Of a stretch of 64,000 nucleotides of DNA, positions 23,561 through 36,419 are shown piece by piece; the first letter of the stretch is position 1, and each line of letters opens with the position of its first letter. This stretch comes from Eledone cirrhosa (lineage: Eukaryota). The notes under the pieces were generated by a model, which saw only the letters and a list, made by a program, of their open reading frames with translations, ran no database searches and was not told the origin of the DNA. The stretch spans positions 129,084,001-129,148,000 of the forward strand of contig OZ024745.1 of NCBI GenBank assembly GCA_964016885.1. The letters run 5' to 3'. Position numbers and translations under genes: made by a program.

Positions 23561-23933
23561 CTTAATTAAAAACATTTAGAAGACCATTCGCTATGAATTT
23601 TAAAGTAGTGAATATGTCACTTACTTATTCTCGGCAAAAACAAAGGGTAGTAAGCGACAGTTCTGTTTCTCGCTCGTTAGCGGTTATCAAGACTACTTAC
23701 CCCTTCGCTTCCGCCAAGAATTATAGAAGCTGGATTCTTATAGAATTCGAGTAATGTTTAAGAGCTGATTAAACAGAGCTGTTGCCGGTCCAGCAAAAAT
23801 TAGGTATTAGTATTGGTGCTCTGAAATAGCGATGTATACATGAATGTATGTATAGTATATTTTTGTCGAGAATAAGTGACATTGTCAGTACTTTAAAATT
23901 CATAGCGAATGGTTTTCAAAATGTTTTAAATTA
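23561..23933. repeat. Inverted repeat with ~75-bp arms (MITE/foldback-like)
   Basis: 'aacatttagaagaccattcgctatgaattttaaagtagtga...ttattctcggcaaaa' versus 'ttttgtcgagaataagtgac...tactttaaaattcatagcgaatggttttcaaaatgtt'. Confidence 0.65.
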
Positions 23934-24083
23934 AACATACAGTATGTTATCAAATATACTATACAACAATTATTAACACTATCAGACTTATTGGTTAGTT
24001 TTAAACTCCTATATATATTTATCGTATATGTGTGTGTGTGTAAATACATGTATATACACACACACATACACACACACTCACAC

Positions 24084-24131
<48 letters not shown>

Positions 24132-24262
24132 ATATATATATATATATGTGTGTGTATATATATATATATATATATAGATAGATATTTATATATATGTATA
24201 TGTGTGAGTGTGTGTGTATGTGTGTGTGTATATACATGTATTTACACACACACATATATACA

Positions 24263-24356
<94 letters not shown>

Positions 24357-24390
24357 TACACGGGTGTGTATGATTGTGTATAGAAGATTA

Positions 24391-24572
24391 TATTAATAAA
24401 AGGAATTCCAACTTTGTCTGATTTACTCGTTTTATTTACAATCCTTTAAAAATATAATGATATAATGAAATAGTATGATAGAATATTAAATGTTAAATGT
24501 TAATTGAACAAGTACTTTCATGCTTTCGCAATCTCAGGTTCATATTCAGTGGGGACAGTCAAGTTTGCAATT
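24391..24572 (-). mobile_element. HHR-bearing element family C; HHR at 24505-24542 has a 1-nt core deletion
   Basis: Reverse complement of 30810-31002. Confidence 0.75.
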
Positions 24573-24976
24573 TTCAATGTATATATGGGTGTATATGTGT
24601 GCGTAAGAAAGAAATCTCTAATGTCTGGACAAATACGAACTACGTCATAAATATTGACACCGTGTGTGAATGAAACACTTTCACGTGACACTATCAGAAC
24701 ACATCAACCTTGAATGAGTTTAGAAACAAAACGCTACGATGCGCATTCATGATGATTAAGGCAAAGATCTCCAGCATAATAGAGAAAATATTCAATTGAT
24801 GTACCGATAGGTCATGAGTTGGTGTCGAGAGTTTAATAATTGCAATTCGTTTCGGATGATGCTTTGATAATTATTACTTTCTACTAGTAAGCCACATTTC
24901 AATATGATTGTCGCATTAGTTCTCTATATTTTTATAGGATTTTCTTAATAAGGAAGTGACCTCCCAGTAAAAGTTA

Positions 24977-25370
24977 GGTGAAGATACGTGGTTTTGTGTT
25001 TAAAGTGTTGAACTCAAAAGAATTACAGTCGCGGGTTCGATTCCCAGACCCAAACCGGGCCCGGAAAATATGTAGTTATGTCCTTCAGCCAGACGCTTTA
25101 TTTCATGTTGCTCCAGTCGACAAAGTGTTGAACTCAAAAGAATTACTGTCGTTGGTTCGATTCCCAGGCCCAGACCGGGACCGGAAAATATGTAGTTATG
25201 TCCTTCAGTCAGACGCTTTATTTCAGGTTTTTCCAGTGGACGTAGCCAGAAAAATAAATGAGTGTCAGTAGTTTAGGATTAATCTTGCGACGAATTGGTG
25301 TCACGTATTCTTAGTCGGTTGATGTGAATGAAACCAAGATAAGCTCTAACTTGATGAACCCATAAGCTCC
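24977..25370 (+). mobile_element. Second tRNA-derived SINE type (old), with a 120-bp internal tandem duplication
   Basis: tRNA-like head with B-box 'ggttcgattcc'. 25002-25121 is repeated at 25122-25241. Confidence 0.6.
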
Positions 25371-25432
25371 AAACAAACTTTAATTAACTAATCCAAGCAA
25401 ATTATCAACTCACTCTATGAATACCATATAAT

Positions 25433-25850
25433 TTAATTGTTTCTACCTTTGGCACAAGGCCAGCAATTATCCCAGTGCATTACTGTACTTTATTTTATCG
25501 ACCCCGTAAGGAGGAAAGGTAAAGTTAACCTCGGCGGGAATTGAACTCAGCACGTAAAGGGCCGTAACTCTATGCTGCAAAGCATGGTGTCCGACTCTCT
25601 ACCGATACTGCCAATCAACCACCCATAATAATAATGGTTTCTTATATAGGCACAAGGCCAGTAATTTGGAGGGAGGGGAAAGTCGATTAAATCGACCCAG
25701 TGCGTGACTGGTACTTTATTTTATCGACCCCATAAGGATGAAAGGCAAAGTTAACCTCGGCAGGATTTGAGCTCAGATCATAAAGAGCCGTAACTCTATG
25801 CTGCAAAGCATGGCGTCCGACTCTCTACCGATACTGACAATCCACCGCCC
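25433..25850 (-). mobile_element. Two tandem copies of the dominant SINE (short form 25433-25624, long form 25627-25850)
   Basis: Consensus matches. The long form has an extra 'ggagggaggggaaagtcgattaaatcgacc' block. Confidence 0.88.
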
Positions 25851-25951
25851 ATAATAATAAACCACGTTAATTTGAATCCTATCAAGATAATGAAAGTCCT
25901 TCGTTTTTCTGAAAACATAACTTTGATGTTGTTTGAAACATTATAGTATCA

Positions 25952-26138
25952 AGGGCGGTGGGTTGGCAGTATCGGTGGAGGGTCGGACGCCATGCTTTCC
26001 AGCATAGTTACGTCCCTTTACGATCTGAGTTCAAATCCCGCCGAGGTTGACTTTGCCTTTCATCCTTACGGGGTCGATAAAATAAAGTACCAGTAACGCA
26101 CTGGGTAATTGCTGGCCTTGTGCCTAAAGTAGAAACAA
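25952..26138 (+). mobile_element. Dominant SINE copy
   Basis: Full consensus match. Confidence 0.9.
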
Positions 26139-26295
26139 TAGTATGATATCTTTATGTGACATAATTAAATTTTGTAAATGGTTATTAGATCAAATTTTGT
26201 AAGCAGTTATTAGATCAAATATTTTGTTAAAAAAAAAAGAAAGAAAAACCGTATCTAACAAAGAAAAAAATGCATTTTACTCTTCTATTCTTTCG

Positions 26296-26670
26296 CTCAC
26301 ATATTCCTGAGAGGGTGGTGGGGTAGAGTCCTGAAAGACTCCTTCCAGCGGGTCCTGTCAGAAGCAACCTCCACCAACTGATCCAGCTGGATCACCAAGC
26401 GAGACCAGCTAAGCCCATCAATGTCATCCAACCATCTTGCTAGGAGTCAACCCCTGGGTTTCCTGTCAGTTGGATTTACCCTTAAAATCTGTCCAACGAT
26501 TCTTTCTTGAGACATTCTAACCACATGTCCATAGTATCGGAGCTGTGATTTCTCAATTCGGAGAAGTAGGAACTCTACCTGGAGTGACACTCTGATCTCC
26601 GAGTTCCGCACTCTATCGAGTAACGTTACTCCAAAGCCCCTTCTGAGGAACCCCAGAAAAGACTGCACAG
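26296..26670 (-). mobile_element. RTE-clade LINE 3' fragment
   Basis: 'FLRRGFGVTLLDRVRNSEIRVSLQVEFLLLRIEKSQLRYYGHVVRMSQERIVGQILRVNPTDRKPRG'. Confidence 0.85.
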
Positions 26671-26897
26671 GTGAGAGTGGGGATACTCACAGCCCCTGGC
26701 CACCAGAGCGTGTTATGAAATGGATCCCATTATGAGGGAGGATTTGCCTCTTGATGTTTAGGCTGAAAGTACGAAACATATATTAGATGAAATTTATAGA
26801 TAATATATAAAAAGATTTACAAACATCAATTTTAATTACTACAGTGACATTTAGAGTTGCAATGTTATAGGTGCTTGTTTTATTGTTTCCTTGGGTC

Positions 26898-26898
26898 A

Positions 26899-26932
<34 letters not shown>

Positions 26933-27195
26933 CTTCTTCTTCTTCTTCTTCTTCTTCTTCTTCTTCTTCTTCTTCTTCTTCTGTTGTCATCGTCGTCGTC
27001 ATCGCTGTTGTTGTTGTTGTTGTTGTTGTTGTTGGTCTTCTTCTTCTTCTTCTTCTTCTTCTTCTTCTTCTTCTTCTTCTTCTTCTTCTTCTTCTTCTTC
27101 TTCTTCTTCTTCTTCTTCTTCTTCTTCTTCTTCTTCTTCTTCTTCTTCTTCTTCTTCTTCTTCTTCTTCTTCTTCTTCTTCTCCTCCTCTTCATT
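26898..27195. repeat. (GTT)n/(CTT)n trinucleotide microsatellite
   Basis: Direct reading. Confidence 0.97.
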
Positions 27196-27960
27196 CTTCT
27201 CCCATCTTTCTTTCTATTACTGAACACCCTCACGCCTAAAGAAATATTTCAAAGTGTAAATTCTAACTAAGTCACGTATTGTTTCCTTCATTATTGTCGA
27301 AGAATTAGTCGAGAAACTCGATCTTGTTCCATCCATGCATTGATATTTTGTATCAAATCTGTGAAGTGTCCAAGATAAGGCAGCAAATATCACAGGAATT
27401 ATTAGTTCATAATATGTGATAACTTGATAGAATTTGCACAATTCTTCTGTCATAAACTTCAAACTTGGTTCATTATATATTGATCATATAATGATTGATT
27501 ATGAACTTATCGGTTAATGATTAGTTATGAAAGCTGGTTATTCAGGCAGAAGGATACGCTCTATCGACAATGATGTTGTGCAGTGAAACCAGCAGTTAGT
27601 TTACATTTGCTGTGGAAAATGAAATTTTCAATTTTCAAAGGTTCTGCTTAGTGTGTATGGATGGTAAAATGTATTTGCGGTAATTGTTATGTGTTGAAAT
27701 ATTGATTTCTCCTATTAGAACATGACCAGAAATTTGTGGCGAAGGAAGGTAACTTATTGGGGTTTTATTGCATTTTTCTACATTGCCAGGAGTGTAATGT
27801 CTTTCATGGCTAGATCATGGGCAGAACATTGTAGAGAAGGCTTGCGGAAGTTCGATTCCATTCTGAGGCAGTGTTATTACAGAGGCGAGGCGAATAAAAT
27901 TCCTTGTGGTATTTGATCAGATAATCTTTGTAAGCGATATGGTATCTAAATGTATCATCC

Positions 27961-28027
<67 letters not shown>

Positions 28028-28051
28028 CATCTCTCTCGTCTCTCTCCCTCC

Positions 28052-28336
<285 letters not shown>

Positions 28337-28337
28337 A

Positions 28338-28411
<74 letters not shown>

Positions 28412-28420
28412 TATATATAT

Positions 28421-28640
28421 CATCATCCTCATCATCATCATCGTTTAACGTCCATCTTCCACGCTAGCATGGGTTGGACGGTTTTGTTCCACTTGAGGTG
28501 AGATTGTTCGGGAGACCGTGTCTCACTCGTACAGAACTGTCCCTGGTAGGTTTTCTACGGCTGGATGCCCTTCCTAACGCTAACCACACTTACACTGTGG
28601 ACTAGGAGCCTTTTTACCGTGTCTCCTACACGACCACTTT
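28421..28640 (-). mobile_element. RTE-related 3' tail / SINE fragment with (CAT)n end
   Basis: 'catcatcgtttaacgtccatcttccacgctagcatgggttggacgg...ggctggatgcccttcctaacgctaaccac' resembles the RTE 3' UTR and tail at 9470-9548. Confidence 0.55.
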
Positions 28641-28781
28641 ACATGAAAAAGGTAAACAGTAATAACAACATAATCGATACAGTTTATGGAAGGAATATAT
28701 TAGTTTAACGCTTGAAATAGCAGGAAGAGGGTCTTAACGTTTCGGATGATAGTGCTTCATCAGAAGAAAGAATGAGAAATT
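28640..28781 (-). mobile_element. HHR-bearing element family B; HHR at 28732-28767 has a decayed helix II
   Basis: Matches 34220-34357 and 37573-37711. Confidence 0.75.
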
Positions 28782-29261
28782 AGAAAGATTGAAGGGACGG
28801 GTGGGGTGGAATTGGAAAATAATGATTTTAGAGGAAAAATAACAGGTCCATTCATGTTGCTATCTCTTGGATATATATATAAAATGTGCGTACAAAAGAA
28901 GAAAAAGAGAAATCAACACGTGTTGAATATTTGTATAAAGTTTCATTTAACATAGTCATATGTCGGAGTATTGCAGCTGTATTTAGTAAACCTGGCTGGG
29001 TATATTTGATACAAATCTTTCAGAAAGATATGAAGGACTAGGAAAGAGTAACAAAACAACCAGTGTGAGAAACATATATATGTATGTATGTATATTTATA
29101 TAAATATATATATATATATATATATACACATAGTCCTGGTGATTTAGATGCATTTTCATCTTAGAATCGTTGGTTGTCCTGAGTTGAATGAAGCTTTTCA
29201 TAAATACTCAACGACAAGCTGATTGGTCTTTTTTTTTCGTTTGTACGCACAGTCGTGTGTC

Positions 29262-29310
<49 letters not shown>

Positions 29311-29315
<5 letters not shown>

Positions 29316-29515
29316 AACGAGTGGCACCCCGACGGCTGAGCTCAAGCCGTTTCGACGGCTAATTCTGGACCAAAATTAGGTCCAGAATTAACCGTCGAAA
29401 CGGCTTGAGCTCAGCCGTCGGGGTGCCACTCGTTCCTATTACCCACTCTACTACCCTAAGTATTGAGTACTTTGGTGCGTTATGGTCCACCTGGTTCCTT
29501 ACCACATTTCCTTCG

Positions 29516-29517
<2 letters not shown>
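29311..29517. mobile_element. Family D foldback copy
   Basis: 61-bp arms 29311-29371 / 29379-29439. (TA)n flanks. Confidence 0.78.
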
Positions 29518-29550
<33 letters not shown>

Positions 29551-29553
<3 letters not shown>

Positions 29554-29710
29554 TCCCTTACTATCCTCCGGGGTAACGCCTTCTCCATTCTGTCCACCGG
29601 GGCTGTGGTACGGCCCCCACATGGGACCCTACTTGCTCACAATACAGAGAGATGGGGAGGGCGAGACAGATGGAGACGATGACAGTGTTCCGACACATTC
29701 CACCTGTCAT
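29551..29710 (+). mobile_element. Interspersed element related to the left flank and first unit of the 83-bp array
   Basis: 'atgggaccctacttgctcacaatacagagagatggggagggcgagacagatggagacgatgacagtg' resembles 2484-2610. Confidence 0.55.
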
Positions 29711-29744
29711 GTGGACCATGTGATAATTTCATTTTACTTGTCAG

Positions 29745-29883
<139 letters not shown>

Positions 29884-30022
29884 GTGCTAGGGCGAGAAAT
29901 AAAATTCTAGTATTCGGCAAGGCAGCAGCAACTCCTCGGTATGCAAATGAGGCTACTCAGCCGATGTGTACTTAAGAAAATAGTATATATTTTCAACTGT
30001 TCAACAGATTGGCAGAGGAATA

Positions 30023-30063
30023 CAGTCTTGATGAAGGGTAATGACACAGAAACATGTTGATTG
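30023..30063 (+). ncRNA. Degenerate minimal hammerhead motif (family L)
   Basis: CAGTC-TTGATGA-AGGGTAATGACACA-GAA-ACATGT-T-GATTG. Palindromic helix III, helix I with a G-U pair. Confidence 0.5.
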
Positions 30064-30809
30064 TTGCTCAAACAGGTGACGATGGGTCACCGGCATAGCA
30101 CAGCGTCAAATCGGGCCGTTTGTTTACAAACGGATCGAATATTATTATTAGTGTTCGATATAACCCATACGTACATATGTATGGGTTATATCGACTAAAC
30201 TGGCAACCCCACCATGGTTTCTTGGTGAGGAGGGTGACTTTGGACATCCTGCAAGACTAAAAACAAAACCTGTGAAAGGGCAAAGGAGCTCTTAAGAGTC
30301 AATGGCCATCCAAAATCAACGGGAGAGATGATCCCTTAGCCTTTGTCAAGGCAGAATTCTAGGAGAAGGAAAACTCTGATATAACACCTGCAACCCTGAT
30401 GGTATCCAATGATGTTGACTTGTTCTTCTTTTTGGTAAATATCATCTTGGTTAAGAGAGTGGGACTGGCTTTGTGCAGTACCTTTGCTCACTATAAAAGT
30501 TTCACGGCACAGGCATTGCTTTATATCTGGAGATCTCTTTGCACTTGTCGTCACATGGTACCAAAGCCAAAGCACTATGTGTCAATAATTGTCACAAGTG
30601 TAGTGTTTGTACCAGAGTTTTCAAGTCGCTGGCTGGACTAAAAAGTCACACTCGTTCAGCGCATCGATAGGGTTCTCCTACATGGATATAAAGTAGTGGG
30701 TGTACTCGAAAACGAGTTGGCAGCCACCATGTATGTATGTAAGTAAGTATTTATTTATTTGTGTATGTATGTGGGTATGTGTGCATGTGTATATATATTT
30801 GTGTTTCAC

Positions 30810-31002
30810 AGTTGAACATTGCAAACTTGACTGTCACCACACATTATGAACCTGAAGATTGCGAAAGCATGAAAGTACTTGTTCAATTAACACTTTACAT
30901 TTAATATTCTTCCATACTATTTCATTATAATATCATTATAATTTTAAAGGATTGTAAATAAAACGAGTAAATCAGACAAAGTTGGAATTCCTCTTATTAA
31001 TA
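30810..31002 (+). mobile_element. HHR-bearing element family C
   Basis: Second copy at 24391-24572 (-). 3' end abuts (TA)n. Confidence 0.75.
30847..30885 (+). ncRNA. Minimal type I hammerhead ribozyme motif (family C), intact
   Basis: TGAAC-CTGAAGA-T-TGC-GAAA-GCA-T-GAA-AGTACT-T-GTTCA. Perfect helix I, GNRA-capped helix II, palindromic helix III, CUU triplet. Confidence 0.8.
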
Positions 31003-31211
31003 TATATATATATATATATATATAATTGAGTCAAGGAAATATTCATAAGCTAAGATTAAACGCCATTTTATCTGGTGAGCCTTTGAAATACGATTTAGGG
31101 AATTTGCCGGATGAAACAACAGTCCATCGTAATCTAGAACTGTCTGTTCGGCTCAATTTAATTAGTTTATTTATTTATTTATTTTGCTCAGCCTCGAACA
31201 CAATGTATATA

Positions 31212-31261
<50 letters not shown>

Positions 31262-31262
31262 C

Positions 31263-31406
31263 GAGAATTAGCCGTCGAAACGGCTTGAGCTCAGCTGTCG
31301 GGGTCTTACTACCCACTCTGGTTCCTATTACCCACTCTACTACCTCAAGTATCGAGTACTTTGGTGCGTTATGGTCCACCTGGTTCCTTACCACATTTCC
31401 TTCGTT
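31263..31406 (+). mobile_element. Family D copy (single arm)
   Basis: Sequence match. (TA)n flanks. Confidence 0.75.
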
Positions 31407-31518
31407 ATATATATACATATATACAGTATTTCATATATATATATATATATTTCAAATTTATCCAACAGTACCAAGGAATTCCCTTCATTCCCCCCCTCTA
31501 TCTTTCTCTCTCTCTATG

Positions 31519-31618
<100 letters not shown>

Positions 31619-32051
31619 GTTTTATGAAATGGAATGGTTGCTTTGCTTTGTTTACTTATCAGTTATATAATACATTTATCTCAACATTACTTTGCTCATC
31701 GCTTCAGCCTTCGTAAAATGATTTACATATCTTACAAGAAAACAAACAAACATCTATTTGGTTGTAGATATATTCAGCCTTGATATATTTCCTATCTAAA
31801 GGATTTGTTTTATGGCGAATCTAAGAGCGGGATATTTTAAAGATCGCTTGCAAACTCCTAGCATTACTTTGCTCATATTAACTGAAAAGATAGCCGCGGA
31901 CTGAAATAATGTATATATGTTTTTCGAGTGTAATTTTCTTTGATTTGATTTGATTTTTCCTATTTATCTTTATTTTGAAGTTCTACTTCTTAGTAAATAA
32001 TTTCTCATGAAATCGTATGTTCAAACCGAAACAATTACATCATGGATAGCT

Positions 32052-32135
<84 letters not shown>

Positions 32136-32199
32136 TATATATATATATAGGTATATATAGAAATGGCTTCTACAGGACTAGAACCGTTTCATCAGAAAG

Positions 32200-32510
32200 C
32201 CGACTGTCAAGGTAAATTTAAAACATTTAAAACTTTAAACATTTTTCTCGGTATGGTGAACTAACTGTTGTGTAACCACTTCTACTAAACTCGTCCCATA
32301 GACTGAGTGCTCTACTACTACGGATATTACCCTCAAGTGTTCTACCCTTATATATATGGGACGAGTTTGGTAGAAGTGGTTACACAACAGTTAGTCCACC
32401 GTACCGAGAACAAATGTTTCACCTTGCGGATCTTCAGCATGAACTGAATATCCGCAAGGTGAAACAATTGTTCTCGGATTGGTGAACTGACTGTTGTGTT
32501 ACTACTTCTA
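32200..32510. mobile_element. HHR-bearing element family I, three alternating-orientation fragments
   Basis: 32238-32300 is inverted at 32355-32419. Head-to-head cores: minus 32404-32437 CTGAAGA-TCCGCAAGGT-GAAACATTTGTT and plus 32444-32477 CTGAATA-TCCGCAAGGT-GAA-ACAATTGT-T. The 5' strand of helix I is missing. Confidence 0.65.
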
Positions 32511-32517
32511 TTATATA

Positions 32518-33124
32518 CTAGCAGTGGTACCCGGCATTGCACGGGATAAGGTATTTTGGAACGTGGGCCGCCAACAGATCTAATCGTGGAAAAACTGCAT
32601 GCCTCGACAAGATGTAAAGAAAATAAACCGAATACTCTGATGGCTGGATAATCTTTAAGATTTTCCTCGATGAAGCAGGAAAAATGCAAGTTTTCACCTA
32701 ATGTGGGCCCTAGGGGATCAAGAAAATGAATTTTTTTATGTGCATAATATGCCTTGAGTTTCCTGAAAATCGGCTCGACGTAACGCCTCAAAAAATCCCC
32801 CAAAAGCTGAAAAAATGAAGTTTTTCACCTAATGTGGGCCCTAGGCCATAAAAAAGTTGGATTTTCTTAGCTCAGGGTATGAAGAAGAGACTGACTAATA
32901 CATAGTTACAATTTCAAGGAAATCGGTCTGACGTAACGCCTAAAAAAAACCTTAAAATGGTGAAGAAAAAACGCATTTTTTTTTACCTAATGCGGGCCCT
33001 AGGGGATCAAAATGTTGAAAATTAAGTAATGCAGATGTAAATCTTGAATAAAACGGTTGGGTACTTCTCGAGTTTTATGGATTCAAACTCACAGACACAC
33101 ACACACGCACGCGCGCGCACACGC

Positions 33125-33206
<82 letters not shown>

Positions 33207-33227
33207 CCTCAGTTTTATATATATAGA
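32518..33227 (-). mobile_element. Non-autonomous Helitron
   Basis: Minus strand begins TCTATATATATAAAA and ends with hairpin CCCGTGCAATGCCGGG followed by CTAG. Inserted between A and T with no TSD. Internal subrepeats 'cctaatg(t/c)gggccctagg' x3 and (CA)n. Confidence 0.85.
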
Positions 33228-33230
33228 TTA

Positions 33231-33420
33231 CTAGCTCAACCCACGGAAATTCGACGGGAAACATTAAATATTCATGTTCACTATGAAATTAATAAAATCT
33301 AAGTATATACGTGTGTTGCATTACGTTGCTATAACATATTGCTCTTCGCACTTTAAAAATTCGAATTTCAGTTGATGTTTTTCAAGGTTTCCGTTATTTG
33401 ATTAGAAAATGTTCTCACAC
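33231..33420 (-). mobile_element. 3' terminus of a second Helitron
   Basis: Minus strand 'cccgtcgaatttccgtgggttgagCTAGt' gives an imperfect hairpin plus CTAG. Upstream boundary is uncertain. Confidence 0.5.
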
Positions 33421-33720
33421 ACGCCCTCTCTCTCCATATATATACAAGGAGGTTTTCAGGGGGGTACCAGGGGACAATTCCCCCCCCCCCGTCACTTTTT
33501 CAAGCGTCTATATTTTACTTTTTGTTTATTTGATATAATAAATTCTTTTAAAGTTAATTTTTTATATCTGAACTTCATTTGAATATATAAAACTTAATTA
33601 CCATAAAATTTAACTTATGTGATAAGGTCTGGGAAAGACACCATAAGCAAATTATGCTCCTTTAAGAATCAACAAATGTTGGTTTGTACCCCCACATTTT
33701 TAAGGCAAACGAGGCCCCTG

Positions 33721-33783
<63 letters not shown>

Positions 33784-34132
33784 TAAAACATGTCTATAGA
33801 ATCACCAGATAAAATATATACCATTTCCTCTCCCAATTAGCATAATCAACTATATAAAAAATCGAATAGACCAGGCTATAAAAATCGAATAGACCAGGCT
33901 ATAAGAATAAGGCTTCTATGAAGAAATCCCCAACAAATACCCGAAACTAGCCCATCGCGTCGGCTGCGACGGAATATTTATTGAATATTTCGACAGCGTA
34001 ATCGCCCATATACAGTTAATTAACCAGAATTAGGTGTAAAATAAACTAGGAGAAAAGAGAATACATTTATTTACCTCTACCATGGTTTCGTCCGCATTTT
34101 GAGATTTCCAATATATTCGGAAATTCGAGCAT

Positions 34133-34193
<61 letters not shown>

Positions 34194-34308
34194 GTATGTA
34201 TATATATATATATATATGTATGTAAAAGGTAAACAGAAATAACAACACAATCGGTACAGTATATGGAAGGAATATATTAGGTTAACACTTGAAGTAGCAG
34301 GAAGAGGA

Positions 34309-34344
34309 TCTTAACGTTTCGGACGCTAGTCCTTCATCAGAAGA
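34309..34344 (-). ncRNA. Minimal type I hammerhead ribozyme motif (family B), intact, in element 34220-34357
   Basis: TCTT-CTGATGA-A-GGAC-TAGC-GTCC-GAA-ACGT-T-AAGA. Confidence 0.8.
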
Positions 34345-34402
34345 AAGAATGAGAAGTAGGTGCGCGCGTGCGTGTGTGTTTGTATGTGTGTGTGTGTGTG
34401 TG

Positions 34403-34447
<45 letters not shown>

Positions 34448-34737
34448 GTATATACATGGTGGGCCAGAATTTATGACTCGCTTGTTAGTCATATTTTTTA
34501 ATATAATTTAATATAATCAGCAGGTTTCTTAATTTATATTTTTATTTCTTAACATGCCTCACAGGTTTTTCATTCATTTTTTCTAAATTTGATTAACCAT
34601 GGCACATCTATAAATAATGAAGTAAGTCATGAATTCTAGCTGTAGCCCACCCTATCCAGGACTGAGTACAGCAGACTTCTACCAGAGAAAGATAGAAAGT
34701 GAGATAGAGGAAATGAGAAAGAGATATAAAGGAAGAA

Positions 34738-34892
34738 TCTACCCCAGTACTAGACTGGTACTTATTTTGTTGACCTCGAAACGATAAAAGGCAGAGTTGA
34801 CCTGGGCAGGATTTGAACTCAGAGAGTAGAGCGGAACAAATACCACAAAGCATTCTATCAGACACTCTAACCACTCTCACAATTATCCGCCT
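34738..34892 (-). mobile_element. Older, diverged member of the dominant SINE superfamily
   Basis: 'gactggtacttattttgttgacctcgaaacgataaaggcagagttgacctgggcaggatttgaactcag'. Confidence 0.65.
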
Positions 34893-35249
34893 TTCTTACC
34901 AAGTTAACTTTTGTAAGAAATTTAAAATTGAAACCTTAACTGTAACTAAAGCTATTTATAACTACACACTAACATGACAATTAAATATATCCATTGTATA
35001 TATCCACTCAACATACCCACTCCACATATCCTCACTATATACCCACACTATATACCAACACCAGTATTTCATAGTACTACTTACACGGAGACGAGTTCAT
35101 ATAACAAGCATATCTGACGATCTTTCGATTACAGAGTCAAGTTCGATCTATAATAGGTCTTGCCTCGAGCTGATCGATAGTGAAACATATGTAATATGTT
35201 ATTAAATATGTTATGATGCAACACTGAATCCTTGTTCCTTATCCTTATA

Positions 35250-35310
<61 letters not shown>

Positions 35311-35462
35311 ACACCCAGTCCCCTAATCCTGGACCTATACCCTCGCCCATATTCCTTTTATTTTTATTTTTACTTTCTATTTTTCCATTTCCTATATTTT
35401 ACTTTTTGAATTCCCTCCTTAACCCACCCTTACTCCTCAGAGTTTTTGTTCTCCCCCTATCC

Positions 35463-35530
35463 GAACTTTCCCGATGAAGGACTTCTGTCTGAACTTTCCC
35501 GATGAAGGACTTCTGTTCGAAACGTCGACA
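35463..35530 (+). ncRNA. Degenerate minimal hammerhead with duplicated 5' half (family N)
   Basis: 28-bp tandem 'gaactttcccgatgaaggacttctgt' twice, then TC-GAA-ACGT-C. Core reads CCGATGA. Confidence 0.5.
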
Positions 35531-36365
35531 TCTCCTCCACTTCCACCAAGCGTGAACCTAATATAACCGTGTATAATTGCCTCCTGTCTTTTATACTATG
35601 AAAATCACATTTCGGACCAAAATAATTCGCTCAAAACACTGGCATTTGTCCGACACTAGCGATTCTGCCAAATCCTGTTTCAAAAAAAAAAAAAAAAAAA
35701 CTGAAGAAAAGACTCAATACATTGTGTACAGCCCGAGTTATATTTTATGTTTCTAAAAACAAAAAATAAGGCTTGTCTTCGACTAAATTTCATTAAGATG
35801 GCTTTATCAAAGTTTATTCAAAGTTTCACAAAAAAACTTTATCGAATAGTCAGTTTGGTAAACATTTTGTCGAAACTTCAGAGTCACAGTTTGTTTTTTA
35901 ATATTTCTATGAACATATACTGAAGAATAAATAGTAAAAAAAATATATAATTGCTCACATGAATTAAATTTAACAAGATTTCTTGTCATCTTATTCAAAC
36001 AGAACATTTACAAAATGATTAATCCCTGGAGAATGTAGGCATTCTCTAGGGATTCATCGTTTTATGGATATTTGTTATGAAACGAAAATATAATTATTTA
36101 TAAGACAGAAAAGACACACATTTTGAAGACGGTTCTGAAGTTGATTATATCATAACTTTTACTTGAATGTTATTTATTTTATCGACCGTGGAGGAATGAA
36201 AAAACTCAATTCCTCTGGGATATGAATTCATAACGTAAAAAAATGGGAAATGTTTACTATAACCGAATTTCGGTCTCTTTATCAATCCATCAAAACTGCT
36301 ATCCATAAGAACTAAAAATATAACGACGATAAATGATACATTAATATTGACTTTTTGTTACTAGC

Positions 36366-36419
<54 letters not shown>

